Source of the DNA: Trichoplax sp. H2
Lineage: Eukaryota
DNA: 58,563 nt
Assembly: GCA_003344405.1 (NCBI GenBank)
Contig: NOWV01000214.1
Span: 62,001-120,563, forward strand
Direction: 5' to 3'
Both the position numbers and the translations under genes were made by a program. Below, piece by piece: positions 39,787 to 55,592 of this stretch (positions are counted from its first letter, which is position 1; every line of letters begins with the position of its first letter). Under the pieces are notes generated by a model. It saw only the letters and a list, made by a program, of their open reading frames with translations. It had not been told where the DNA came from and searched no databases.

Positions 39787-42700
39787 CTACCGACGACTTA
39801 ATGTTGCTTTCAGTGTTGCCAATAAATCCTGAAAATAAACACGAAGTAAAGTAAGATATCCAAAAAGAAACTCTATTATAAGGATATCAAAAGGTTACCT
39901 CGGCAACTTGAATGCTTTCCATAGGTGGAGCACCGGGCAATTTCTCTATTTTTGTACGTGAGTGATCGTTCTCTACACCTTCATTACTGCTTACAAAAAG
40001 AATACGTTTTAATACAGTTTAACTAGTCCAAGCAATAATGCAAAACTACCAAAAGAGAAGGCGGAATTGGTTCAATATAAGTTGTGCGCTTTTGCCTAAG
40101 GCATCACTGTAAGAGAGTACTATCAATTATATTATTGCGTACCTATTCTCCGTATTTTTGTTTAGCTCTACTTTAGAGTCCGTTGTGTGGGTAGAGAGTG
40201 GTTCTGTAGAAATCTTACGCTTAGCGCGTTTGTATTCATCATCACTATCAGATGAGGAATATCGGGGCTTTTTCCTGTTTTCTGTTTTACCATCAGATGA
40301 AGGTGATTTGGAATGATTCTTTTTTCTAATACATCGGTAAAAGATTCCCAATCACGCTACATTAATTGACTACAGTACAGTATAGCCTAAAAATCAAGAT
40401 ACTCACCGCTTTTTTTTGCGATGGTGGGAATGATGACGATGATGGCTATGATGACTGCTACGATGACTACGGTGATGACGTCCATGTTTATGGCGCTCCC
40501 TTCTTGAAGGTGAGCGGCTGGTTAAGTTTATTAATGTTAGTCAATAAAATAATATTAATTTAAACGCACTGTAACAGATAATGTGCTTAAAACCTTAAAT
40601 CTTTGTGATTATGCTTGCGATCATTTATTCTTTCTGGGCTATCACTAATTTCTGGTGTAGGCGATTTTTGTACTGTTACAATGTTTCTGTAACGAGTAAA
40701 TGTAGAAAACTTTAACGAAAAGGCTTGAGCGTTAATTCATTGTAATAGGTATTACAGGTGCTATTGTAAGCTTTACTCCAAGCTAAATATTAGCCCAATT
40801 GAAGGTTATATAACATTATGAATTAGAAATATTTACGATAGAAATGATTGGTCTTCACTCGGCTTAGTTAGATTATGAGAATTTGTTACTGCATCTGAGG
40901 TAGCAACATTTCCAGTTTCGTCTACAGCTTCGGTATCAATTTTTTGCTTTTGTCTATCTTTATTTCTTAGGAGAGAAACAAATAGAGCGGCCCTTTTTCT
41001 TCGTTCCTTTTGTAGTTGCTTCGATGAGTCATTGCTATCATCTATTAATAACATAGACATAATATACAAAATCGTTTAGAATAGAAAAATATCGCGAATT
41101 ACAGTTAAAACCTTATAATTTACCTGTAGTATCAGGCTTAACGTTGTCAGTCGTATGCATGCCTGTAGTTGGTGACTCATCAGCTGCTACTCCTAATGGC
41201 TTTGATTTTGACCCTTCAGCTACCGTTGAAGAGATTTTATTGCCGTCGCTTTGTACTGCTTCAGTATCGAGCATATTTTCTTGGTCTGAATCAGGTAAGA
41301 GACTTTTCGTATCTTTAGATTTGATGGTAAAACTGACAGGTTCCGTATATGGTACTAGCGGTGCGGATGAATTCTTTTCATTTAGTTCTGAAATAATTAG
41401 AGAGTACTGCTATAGGATTTGAATACAACATAAGCTATTTAATGTCTTTTAAAACATGGGCTTACCTCTGGTATCAGCCGTGCTATTAGCTTTAATTTTA
41501 GCCGCCGCTGCAACATTCGCTGCTTCAGCTATTTGTTGGAGACACAGCTTCTTCTTATATAGGTAATAACGGTAGTGGACGTTCCAAGGCAACAAAAAAT
41601 TAAATCTAGGATCTGACTTTGCCCTCACTACCAGTTCGAATTTATCTCCATTGCGGGCAACATATTGGGCCATTTTATCGATCACACCTTGTATATCCGG
41701 TGGTGGAGGAACAATTCCTTGCATTGCTTCTACTACGCTTGAAACGCTAAGTGTATATATCACATTACCCATATTAAATATTTTCAAGTCGTCGCTTCAC
41801 GCTATTTAATAATTGATAATTTTAAATCAATAATATTCAGTTAAGTTATTATACTTGTTAGATTCGTATTGAGCAACTGGAACTTTTGCTTTATTGCCGA
41901 ATGTTGCTGACTGTGATTCTGATCCGGAAGTCGATTGAGTTTTATTACCTGGTAATTTTATAAGTTGGTTAGCTAGAAGTAACAGCTATAACCAGCAATG
42001 CCAGTTCGATATCTAAATTTTTAAACTATATCATCATACTTAAGTAGTTGAGATTTTGGGAGGCTGGTATTGCTGTGCTAGCATTACTAGACCAAGGCGT
42101 AGGCTTTTGTGAACGATCACCAATGACCTCTTCCTTACTGTTTTCCTGTCTACCAGTATTATCATCGAAGTTTTTTACTTCATTTTTGTCTTCTAGTTCT
42201 ACCTTTTGAGGGCGTAATGCAGGATGTAATTCGTAATCACTATCGCCATCAGAGCTTCCCTTGTCGCATTCTTGGCTAAAAGATATATTTTTAGGTTAAA
42301 CAATATATTGTAGTCAACAGTGGATGTTACTTTGATGCTATAAATTCAGTATATGATTAATGATAATGCACATACTCTTGTTGATCTTCTGATTTATTAT
42401 TAGCATCTTTAACGTTCGATTCTGGCGGCCTATACTCGTAACTTCCGGCTTTAATCATTTTTAATACATGTTTATAGTAATCATTCAGCGGTTTATCGAA
42501 ATATAGGAATTCAAATTGAGGATTATTTGCTTGTTTAGCTTTGAGAACAATTTCTAGCTGTAAGCCGTTCTGGCTAACAAATAATGCCGTTCGTGCGATA
42601 ATTGTATGCATCTTCGCAGTCTTTGGCTGAATTGTATAAATACGAATGAAATAAGCATTTTACTAGTTAATAAAAATTAGGAAAAAAATTAAAATAAACT

Positions 42701-44658
42701 GGTAGTTGATAATACGAGCGTATGGCGTAACAGAAGGAAGATTAAATCTATTATCAACCGTTTCCATATTAGGTGGCACTTCCAATTCAGGCGGTGCAAT
42801 AAAATCTTCATAAGCATCCTCACGATTCTCGTTTGTATTTGATTTATCTTCACAAAAATAGAAAGAGTTTATCATTTGATATAATAATAAAATTTAATCA
42901 TTACGAATCTTAGTTTAATTTACAATGCAATCATATTGGTATCCATTTCTTATACCTAAATTACTGTGGCCATCAACTTTATCTACGCCAGTTGATTCGC
43001 CAGTATAATTATAACTGTACAATTGGTTGCCTTTCTTAGCTTGTGCTTGCCTCTTTACTTCCTCTTCTATAGAATTGTCGGAAATATACAGTATATATAA
43101 GACAGCTCATTCAAAAGTTATAAAGGTGATAACGTTGTTTAGTAAGATTAGCTACATGATCTTGGAATCCCAAGCTCATACGTCAGAATGTACGCGTTAT
43201 AGCAAGAAAATTGAGTTATGGATGAGACCTAGTGCAAGGAGAGTAACGAAAGAGTGAAGGGTAATGACAAAAACAAACCTAATAACTCTTCCTGCTCGTA
43301 ATTTAAATCTCGATATCTTTCTTCTTGGCATAGCTCTTCTTCGGCAATTAGCTGAGGACTCAATGGTTCCGGGATGGATTTATCATTAATGCAGTCTAGA
43401 TCGTAGAGATGACCACGTCCATCGTACCTAATTTATTATGAAGTTAATAAAAGTTAGATTTTATAACCGATAGTTGTAAGATGATATTTGATAGGACAAT
43501 GAAGTATCTCTTGCATGATATTATAGAGCATTTAATGATTTGTTAATTTAAGGCAAACATGAACTCTTTTAACATTTATTATTAATTTGCTACTTTACCA
43601 AAGTATATCATCGCTTTATCGCTAGTTCAAAGATATTCTTTGATTGCTTATGAAGATTTTATAAAGAAAAATCAAACACACTTGAGTTATATTTAAAACG
43701 TTGAATCCAACCAAAGGTTGATCGATACCCCTTAAATAGTGATAATCTCCGATAGAATAGAGTAAGAATAATAATGTCAAAGTTGAAAGGTTCTAGCTTA
43801 GGTCAAGTTTTATAATTTGTTGCAACTGATGTCGTTAACACATATGTACAGCACGCGTCCACTTATTGTATCTGCTTGATTTATGTCTACGTATAGCTAT
43901 TGTAGCTAAATTGAAAGATTACATTGCCTGTAAATTACTTCCATTTATTCTACTGAACGTCATTATCAAGCTTATCCACTAGCAATCGGCCATCAAGTAG
44001 TGCATTCATTAATACTAGAAATTCTTCATATGTAGTCGCTCCTAATGTTACTCCTAAGGGCAAAGCACCCATTGAATAATCTAATTTATCACCAGGCATC
44101 CTGATTGGCAATATCTGCCGTCTTCCAGTCACTGTTCCATTTAGTATACCTCTCCAGCATTCGTGTGGAAATGGCATTACGAGAGAATGGAAATAGCAAT
44201 AGTATTTTATAATCCTGTTAAACTATAAGCTAATATAAGGAATCTACGTATGTCTATGTCAATATACTCTATTCAGCAGTCAAGTTGTATCGTGGCCTTA
44301 TGATACGAGCAGTACAAGAAAGTGATATCTTGTCAAGGTTCGCCTTAACCACTTTAAGAAAATAAGTTAAGTGAACGATTAACTATCAATTTATCAGAGG
44401 ATGTCGGTAGAATTTGCCCCATTATAAATAAGCAACAGACCTGTCAATCATGAGTGAATCATTTCCCATCCAAGGTATTAATAAACCTCCTTCATTAATC
44501 ATTTGAGCTTTTTCATCATCCCTGTACAATTTACACGAATAACCGAAAACTAATAAATCGTCCAAATTATCTTCCAAATTTCTGTCATTTTTTTTGCCAC
44601 GTCCTGTTGCTTGATACTTCATCTCGCTACCTCTTCCACTATGCCTTTCGTGACTCAT
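39787..44658 (-). CDS. SFSWAP: Splicing factor suppressor of white-apricot homolog (DRY_EERY, two SURP domains, RS-rich tail)
   Basis: Exon 1 44441-44658 [17 protein letters not shown]...[21 protein letters not shown]...[12 protein letters not shown]1 [39 protein letters not shown]2 [33 protein letters not shown] region ~40400-40510; last exon [17 protein letters not shown]. Not every internal junction was checked. Confidence 0.93.
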
Positions 44659-44805
44659 CGTGTCTGTTTTATTAAAGCAAATATGATCGAATCTTACTAC
44701 TATGTTTGAAGAGTAATAGGAATGGAATAAGTTTCCGCCATTTTGTGTTGGTGAGCAAGCGTTCAGACGCTTGTGCGTTCTGTTCTGAACAGCAGACGGC
44801 ACTCT

Positions 44806-44950
44806 ATTGTACTGTATACGCGTATGGCCGCTGTAGCACGCAGTACGGTACTAGCAATGATGGCAAGATGTATTATACAGTACTGTCCTGTACAGTGCAG
44901 TAAATCTATACTGTACTCTAGTGTACAACTGCTTTAGCGTGTACCGTATA
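44806..44950. repeat. TACAG/CTGTA tract upstream of SFSWAP
   Basis: gtactgtatac...tacagtactgtcctgtacagtgcagta...tactgtac. Confidence 0.65.
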
Positions 44951-46121
44951 GAACTGGACGTCGTTGAAGACTGGTCTTTCCATACACGACGCTACTATTT
45001 GACCTCAATAAGTACATCATTATAGCAATAAAGGTGCCGTATGGGATACAGTATAACTTACCATCGACCAAGCGCTTTCCAGCCTCTTCCACTCTGCAGT
45101 ATTCCTAAAATGGCTATACTCAGTGAGGTATGGCTTTCTAAGAACAGTGATTTAAATAGGCCAGATGACGTTGTTATTGGAGCTGATATTAATGAGTATT
45201 GGACTGCTGAAAGGCTGAAACAAACGCTTATGTTGCTTGGTACTTACTTTACCGCGTTGGCGATATGGAATACTATAACATGATGTCCTGCAGTTGTATC
45301 AACGATATGATAGGACTTCCCATGCAGTTATTTCCATTAAGTAACAAACTACATGTACTGTAGATTGGTCTATCCTACTATCTAGCATGCTTTTTGGGCT
45401 GCAAACTGCTACAATTGAGTTAAGTTTATTTAGTAAAAGTGAACAAGTTACTACTGAAACAGCAGCAACAACCTCTACAGGTTGCGATATCTGCAATCAA
45501 TATGAATAAAACTGCAATAGTCATCTGCATGTTTTTTTTTGGTTATACTGGTAACATGGAATACTATGACATGATGCCCTATTGTAATTGAAAAGAGTGC
45601 AGTAGACTTTCCACAACGATGTACTTATAAACTGCTCTACTGTAATCTGGACTAATACCTACTTGTTAATTATAAGAAACTACGCACTGTCTATTGTAAG
45701 AAAAGCAATAATATTGGTTGTATACAATGTAGCCATAATCGATGATGCAAATACAACGCACGGAAACTGCAACATCGATGATATAAGAGTTCTGTATTTT
45801 ATTTCCCGTAAATGCCATTAGCAGCTATTTATAGACAGTTTAACAACACAGGCTGAGCATCCTTCTCTAAGATATTACCACTTTAATTTACGATTGTTTT
45901 TAGAATCTATAGAAGGTCACCTGCTGCTGCTATCGAGGGTTGAATATAAAGCATTACAACAAGTTGCCTTTTGTTTTATGGCAGAAGTTGTAATAAATTG
46001 CTAAATTTTTAAGCAAAAAAGTGATAAAAGTTTCTGAAAGCATTCGTTGCTACATAATATCGCCGATACCGTGGCAGAATTTTTTAATGTAATTACAGCT
46101 ATGCAAGTAGCACTTGCAAAT

Positions 46122-48000
<1,879 letters not shown>

Positions 48001-48384
48001 TTTGATTACTTCAGTTCATGCACCCTACGCAGCAGATCTGTGCATACCCAGTGCAGTATGCGCATGGTCAGGTCGGGTGACGATAACTTCGTCGAGTAGT
48101 ACCACTGTACGAGACTACCAGTACAGTACTGTACGGTACAGTACTGTACTGGTACCTGAGTGTAGACTACTAGAAGAAGGCCTGATGACTCCTTCAGACA
48201 GACGGACTTCTTCTACCAAATGAGATCGAAAAATGGCTAACAGTACTTGGTATGGATCTTCCGTTTTTGTTTTCGAAATCATTCCCATACTAAAGTAGTG
48301 TCATAACGAAGTGTTTGAAACAATATTTTGAAGAGATGATGGGAGAAGGTCTGTCCGTCCAAGAGAACGATCCAAGCGTGAAGT

Positions 48385-48470
48385 GCACACTGTACAGTGT
48401 ACTGTACACTGTACTAGGATCATTTTACACAGTGTACGCGTACTGTACACTGTGTACTGTACACTGTAGC
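48385..48470. repeat. TACAG/CTGTA tract upstream of NDUFS8 (also 48100-48150 and 48723-48745)
   Basis: cactgtacagtgtactgtacactgtact...tactgtacactgtgtactgtacactgta. Confidence 0.8.
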
Positions 48471-48471
48471 G

Positions 48472-48724
48472 TACGGTGGCCCAAAAGGCTCAAACGTGAA
48501 AGTAATATTCTATGGTTTCTCGTTCCAGTTGCGCAATTTCTTTCATATTTTATGAACTTTTCTGTTAAAATTATTGGGTAACAACGAACAACGCGCATTT
48601 GTGCATGCCCCATCAATAAGGTCATTATCAATGTTTTCATACGCAGTTTTTACATCGCTGTTGTCAGTGTCATTGCCTTCGCACGCGCTATTTTTTATCG
48701 TCTGAGCCTTCTGGGGCCATCGTA
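48472..48724. mobile_element. MITE-like element (~250 bp) with ~24-bp imperfect TIRs and TA at both ends
   Basis: Left end TA-CGGTGGCCCAAAAGGCTCAAACG; right end reverse complement TA-CGATGGCCCCAGAAGGCTCAGACG. No internal coding capacity. Confidence 0.6.
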
Positions 48725-51700
48725 GTACAGTACAGTACTATACTGTTGTGCTGAGCATTGGGTGTATATCACAGTAGGGAACATTGACTCCGACCGATTT
48801 TTTTAGGTCTGGTCCAGGAGCTTTTTATATTTCGGTCTGGTCTTCGCAGGTCTGGTGAGTGAACTGGACATAAATTCGTACATGGACGAGTATTATATTC
48901 CCTCATAAATGTAAAGCATACGAGCGCAAGCTATTATGGGATTTAATTCTCTTTAGCTCAAAATAGACGCACAAGATATGAGCTAGAGTTATTTCCATTA
49001 ATTGCACATATTATGAGCAATTAACGTTATAATAGCTACGTAATATCAAGATGATTTTGAATGTCTTTCCATGAATAAAAGATTCGAGTAAAGATGAAAT
49101 ATTTATCGTACCGTACACCATGATGATATATTTGGTATGTAATTCGGCACTGTGCAGCATCATCAGAAATATTGAAGTTTTACATTTTGAACATTTTCGT
49201 ACCGTACCAGTCTGTAATATTTTACGGCCTTAAAGTCACTATTAATATTACTAGTGTATCCTGTGTTACCAGCAATACTGAAATTACATGTACGCCCATA
49301 TCATATATTATTCTAATATTGGTGTACAGGACATTATCATTTTTTTAAATTATTGTCTCTGATAGTTGATGACCAGTCGACAGCTGTCGCTACTGTCTAA
49401 AGCAACGGAACACGGTATCGTAGTTAGATGCATAGGTATTTTTTTAGCCTTAGTTAACGCGATAATTACGAATACTCCTTCGGTATTTTCTCGATATACA
49501 GTATATATATATATATTCTTGATGCTGGAATAGAATGGGTATAGATTTTCAAGTCTTTTTTACTGTGCTACTTAATACGATTCGTACGCACGTCCATGTA
49601 AAAAATGACGTTAGCTAGTAATACATGATATCTACATAAAAATTAATAATTAAGGTAGCTATGGGAAGTTCTTATTATTTCATGATCCTTAGAAGAATCA
49701 ATTAATATGTTATAAACATAATTAAAAATTGTATAAAGATTTACATTATGTAAAAAATATAGACACAAGTAAGTGGAGATGTATAGACAGAAGAAATGAA
49801 TTTTAATCTACGATACGAATAGGAATGTAAGGAGTTCTCGAAATAATATAATTAAGAGGAAACGGACGTATTGGCAATGCCTAAAAAGTTCTACTTGCAC
49901 ATGCGGTAAGCGTGAGTATACAGTATATACATGTGTGACCGATACTTGAGAAATCATTCTATTAATACGATGACAGGGAGTAAGAATTGTAAATTGACGG
50001 CAAATATACCACTTCGAAATTAATGTTAGAAAGTTTAATAGGCATACTATGATGAACTGTAGCCATCATATGGTGATATTTCGGAGTAAATTAATGTACT
50101 GAAAAATCTGCCTGATATTAAGAATAAAACTATCTCTGAATAATGCTTCTATATGACACTAAATCATTCAGATGATTTTCGCTACCATAGTTACGTAATA
50201 AATAAGCAAATGAAATTGATTAAGAAATACCATATTATTAATATGTTTACATATGCTAGATATAGTAATCATTAGAATCAATGAATTACTCGACTTCAGC
50301 CCTATTACATATTTGTTAAATCAAGAGTTTGTTAACAACTCGTTGGCTTAAAATTGGTATTGAAGTTTCAGTATACTAATTTAATTATTTGCGTTGTCAT
50401 TATTTTAAAGGTATATATGTATATAGCATATTATGCGTGTAAAAGATTTACTTTACTAATTTTTTTAACTGTAGTAGGATGAATTAATTCGAGATATCAT
50501 AAATAAATGAATTCATTGATATTGGAAGCTATTTCTTTACTCGTGTAATAATACTAGTGAAGTAAAGATATATTGGATAGGGCAGAATAATCTTGTTAAA
50601 TGTCTTAGTTACAATTCGATCGATCTATTATTCAATGTTGATTAAAAATTTATTACGGTCTGATAAAAATATTAAGGACATACCTTTAAAGAATGATATA
50701 TATAAAATGGCAATATGACAAAATTTTTGCATTATGGTGAAATTATTACTTAGTTAAAAACTTGAATGGTTATATACATAATAGTTTGCCAATAAAGAGA
50801 TCGATAGATAGCTACTTTGCTTTGTATTACCTGGAGATTCAATTTTCTGTAATAATTCTAATTATACAAAGTATGTAGATAATGCAATTAATTACCGTAA
50901 TTTTTAGTTTGAGGATGTGTAATTTGATCATATCTAAAGATGAGATGGCATTTTACTCAGACAATAATGAATAGAATACGACTTATTCAGATTTTATAAT
51001 TTAATGTTTACATAGACATTCGATCATGGTGATATTTCTCTCTGTGCCGACACAGATAACAGTTGCTCAACAAAATTTAAAGTCATTGTATTCATTTGTG
51101 CCTAAATAATTAATTTGCCTACTTTTAAATTAATGAGAGCAGCTTATTGAAAGTAAGCAATTATGAGAAATTAAGTATACCGGATAGAATTATGATTTTT
51201 ATTATAGTATAGTTTATTAATTATTACCGTGCTATGTAAATCGATTTTGATAAAGATCAATTACTCTATCGTAATACTGTATATACATAGTTGATAAGAT
51301 TCGTTGTTATGCTTAAGAAATGCCGATATCGATCACTGTGAATGCTATGTTGCTGCTATAAAATATGAAATACGTATAATAAGTGACATAAATTTAAATT
51401 TAGGCTTTTACGTAATCAAAAGAAGTAATATGTCCGTAGGAGCATCTAAAACAATACAAATAATCTATATATAAGTATGAGTAAATCGTATTTACACTAT
51501 ACCTATCACAACCTATGCTTATGATGGAGACATTTTGGAATTCAAGAACATAGCAGCACCTAATTATAATTCATAATAATCTATACATTTTTTCTATACT
51601 CGCAACTCTGCCAATGATAATACTGTCAAATTTATAATATACAATAGTGATATTAATTAATTACAATTCCATAATGGCTAAGATAGCAGCTGGTATGGGA

Positions 51701-54635
51701 AACTATTTTCTTACATTCTCTACACTCCTTTCAGAGTACTGATTTCTCAACGAAGTATCAATGATAATGAAATTGATTAGTTTTGTTTGTCGTATATAGT
51801 TAAGTAGTTATGACAGTAGCATTATTTATACGTATACCAAAGTACGGTAATATCGTACTTTGTTTGATGCGTCTAAATTATAACTTTTTAGATCGAATTT
51901 CCATGTAAAGTGTGCAAACGTACCGTACGATGATTTATTTTAACGGAAAATAAGCATATAATTGCGGAACGAAGATAAGGCATAGATCAACTAAAGATTT
52001 AAGAGTGAAATATTTTCATACTATGCAAAGTATTGCGTAATCTATTCTACAATTTGTCATTAAATGGAATGATAATGCAATTGATAAATTAATACAAAAG
52101 CATAAGGAAAAGCTTGCTGTTCAATTTTTGATGGAAATAATCTATAGGTTATAGTGCAGTCGGTCCTTGTATTATTTTATGTTCAAAAGTTAACTAGTCG
52201 TGGCATAATATAAACTCAGCAGGATAAAAATAAAATTGATTTTATAGAATTATGGTATAAGCTTCCCGTTAGTAGTCAAAAGCATTGTTAGTATTGCGAT
52301 TGAATGGTGACACTGATAGATCATTTATCATTACCATTATTATTTTTGTTATGGGTGTTCTATTAACGTCCTATTGCGACACGATCATTTGAATAGCTTG
52401 GCTATTTCCAATAATAAAATGAAGAGAGTAATTAAGAATTGACTGAATCGAATTATATTGTACCTCCTCTTCAACACAGTCTATCGCTACTAACAATTAA
52501 ATAACGTAAAACAAATTTTAATAGTAATAAAAACTAACGATAGTGAATAAAAGCAAATATTGACTTGCTTTCAACGACATTTCGTTTCCTTTCTGTTTTA
52601 GCCACTGCTATTATTCTGATGATTGTTCTAGCACTATCGCATTGGTCCAGTATTGTAATACTTTCGCTTAAAGAGGCGGAAGCAAATCGTAAAATATTGG
52701 ATATTACACAGAATCATGCAATAAATTAAATATTATCTACCGTCGCTGGTCTATACGTACGCTGCAATTGTTTTGTTGCTTTATTTGGGCTTTTATCTGG
52801 CTTTCTATGGGTTCATATGATCGATCAATTTCATTTTGTTTCTAAATGTACACTGTATTTACTTCTCTAAATAAAGCGAAAATGAAACTCGAAATTCAGT
52901 TCGTAATATATAATACTGTAAATGGGTTATTTAGATAAAGGTACCATATGATGTTCTATTTCAAGTTCTTATTACTAAGAAAGTCACCCTTCGTACAGTT
53001 ATTTATGGACTTTATTATGACTTTGCATAAATGTACAGCATACCATGCCATAATGGCACTACGTGTATTATGCAATGTAGTGAAGCATACAGATTGCGAA
53101 TTGTAAAAAGTACGTAAAATTTGAATATAATTCTAGTAACTGCAGTCAGTAATACAGTAGAATGCTTGGGAATATCATTTACTGTTTATTCTTCAAGTTT
53201 AACTTAATACTGTAGTATCTACTTAATTATGCAGGATGTGTAAAAAGTAATGTAATCGCTTTTACTGTTATCTCGATAAGTTCTAAGTTTTAAAATCGCA
53301 CGTACAGTGTCTATATTACTTCCGTTGACTTATAGACTGATGTTACACAGAGCAGCGACTTGAGATTTTCGAACCATTTAACTGAGTTAACTCACTTTTT
53401 GATGCGATTGAAATGTCGCTGGCCTAAAAATCTGTACATGATGGTAGAAAGTGGAAACTTACGTCTTATAGTACTATATATGGTACTATTGATGGAATAA
53501 ATTAACGTCATAATTTCGCCAGAAATCACAATTAATTACAAAGCGCTATTTCAGGTCGTTGCCAACCTCTTGGCGTTCAAAAATGCTAATTTCGTTTACT
53601 GTACAGTACTACAATAAAATATCGTTGGCTGGCTTATAAGTACAGCACAGTTTATACAATGTAGTATTTTATCGTAGGTTTTAATTGAAATGAAAAGTGT
53701 GAAATCGTCGACACACGCTTTAAATCTAGTTAGCTTATAGCAGTGTAATTATTAAAATTACTATTAATTAATATCTTTATTAGCAAGTTGGGCGTGAACA
53801 CTGTTCTCTATCGATTTCCTTTCTTTCTTTCATTTTTTATTTATTTATTATAATAGTTTTAGCTTTTACTGTGCGAGTTGAGTGGCTATCGCTAGATGAC
53901 AGAATACGATATAGTACTGTATAAAAATAAAGAAAAGAGAAATTAATTATCCCTTTATCCCATCTTTAAACTGGACCGTACATTAAATTATATATATATT
54001 CGAGCATATCAATATAGCGTTAGGAGTGGTGGCACTCGAGTCAAAATACAGTAGGCGTCCGCTTTCCTTTCTTTCTCGAGACAATACCTTGAGAATAGCA
54101 TTGAATATCGTTCGATATGCAATGTAAACATTGCCAATGTTGCTAAGGTACGATACGGTAGAGTATGTACTGTATAGCATCCAGTTTGAAATTTTACCGT
54201 ACTAGATTGTCATCGGTAATATTTCAGTAGATGCAGCAAACTAGAAGAACCAGCAGTTAATAAATAGCGATCAGAAGGGGCTGGTCAATCAGAGTTGCCG
54301 CCGACTCCTTCCAGGCAGTGGGCGAATGGAAGAGAGAAATACACTGTATGTCTTACGATAACTGGAAAAATCCAACACCGGTTCATAACGTAAAGACGAA
54401 GGCTGTCGGACATTTGGAAATCGACTGCAAAAAATCATTGGTGTCAATTTGCGATTGGGCATCGTTTAAGTTAATCGATAGTGTAGAACGTTATCGTACG
54501 TTTACCTTATCGATACTTGAACGGAATCATTGTGGCTCGACGTTAAGTGTTGATTGAATCATCCTTTCCAAATTCATTACAGTATTGGAGAGGTGTATAA
54601 TATACAACATTACATTGTGTTTACGCCAAAATATA

Positions 54636-55592
54636 ATGCCGTGTCGCCAATTCTATTACAGCAGCACCAATATTAATCATCAAGGAAACGAACTTCAGCT
54701 GAGACATAAAGACCGAAACAAACAGCAGGACGGCTACTGGCACTTAAATTTAAGCTGCATTGGCTTGCAAACGGTGCACTCCAAGACGTTTGCTGTAAAT
54801 GGTCCCATCGAATCAGTAATATTGAACAATAATCGCCTGACCGACCTACCCGACGAGTTGGCCCAATTAAAGGACAGTCTCGTTAGGTTGGAGCTGAGCG
54901 GCAACAACTTTACAACTCTACCTAAAATAATAATTTCCTTAAGTCGTCTGGAGACCTTACAATTTAGCTACAATCAGTTACATCATTTTCCGACTTCGTT
55001 GTTACATCTACATCACCTTACCACTTTACACCTGAGTGGTAATTTTTTAACGCAAGTGCCGAGCGCAATAAGCCAAATGGTTGGATTGCGTCGGCTTTAT
55101 TTAGACCGAAATCGTATCCAACAAATCGACCAAGAGTTTGGTAAGTTGACTCAGTTGGAAATTTTACACCTCCAAGGCAATAATATTCGTTATTTGCCAA
55201 CTTCGCTGGCCGATTTACAAGCGCTGATAGAACTTGATTGCAGCGACAACCCACTTATTCAGCCTCCTTCAGAAATTTGCTGTCAAGGTGTTGAAGTCGT
55301 GCGATCTTATATCAGAAATCAGCAAATGAACCATTCAAACTCTTACCCTAAATCAGCTCAGGGTACTGAAGATATTCTAAAGAAGGAAAATTTTCATCTC
55401 GATTCCTTTAATAAACTAGAAAATGGCAAAAGCAATCAGTGTGATAGGAAAAAAAGCCCAATTATAACTTGCGGCTTAACAAATCAAGGGAAGATGTTAG
55501 ACTGCTTAAGAAGTAAGTATTGCTTTGAACATTTGAAAGTTGCGAGTTTATACTGTACTATGTACAACTGCATACACGACATACCGTGCTAA
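54636..55592 (+). CDS. Leucine-rich repeat protein (~7 LRRs) with a Roco/MFHAS1-type cap; probably spliced at 55512
   Basis: LxxLxLxxNxL repeats (LILNNNRL-type, LELSGNNF, LHLSGNFL, LYLDRNRI, LHLQGNNI) followed by NPLIQPPSEICCQGVEVVRSYIR. First ATG at 54636. Strong donor A|GTAAGT at 55512/55513 and a possible next exon from 55660. Confidence 0.8.
   Translation: MPCRQFYYSSTNINHQGNELQLRHKDRNKQQDGYWHLNLSCIGLQTVHSKTFAVNGPIESVILNNNRLTDLPDELAQLKDSLVRLELSGNNFTTLPKIIISLSRLETLQFSYNQLHHFPTSLLHLHHLTTLHLSGNFLTQVPSAISQMVGLRRLYLDRNRIQQIDQEFGKLTQLEILHLQGNNIRYLPTSLADLQALIELDCSDNPLIQPPSEICCQGVEVVRSYIRNQQMNHSNSYPKSAQGTEDILKKENFHLDSFNKLENGKSNQCDRKKSPIITCGLTNQGKMLDCLRSKYCFEHLKVASLYCTMYNCIHDIPC

Larger units (their letters stand above)
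48233..52730 (+). other. Possible multi-exon membrane-protein gene or pseudogene (unresolved)
   Basis: Several exon-like segments with AG and/or GT boundaries: 48807-48854, 49211-49289 (SVIFYGLKVTINITSVSCVTSNTEIT), ~50813-50870, and hydrophobic stretches near 52148, 52320 and 52602-52730. No complete frame could be assembled. Confidence 0.25.

Noticed and set aside
46102..46118. 7-bp hairpin just after the NDUFS8 stop codon
   Set aside because: Too short; no SECIS or terminator features, and the stop is TAA.
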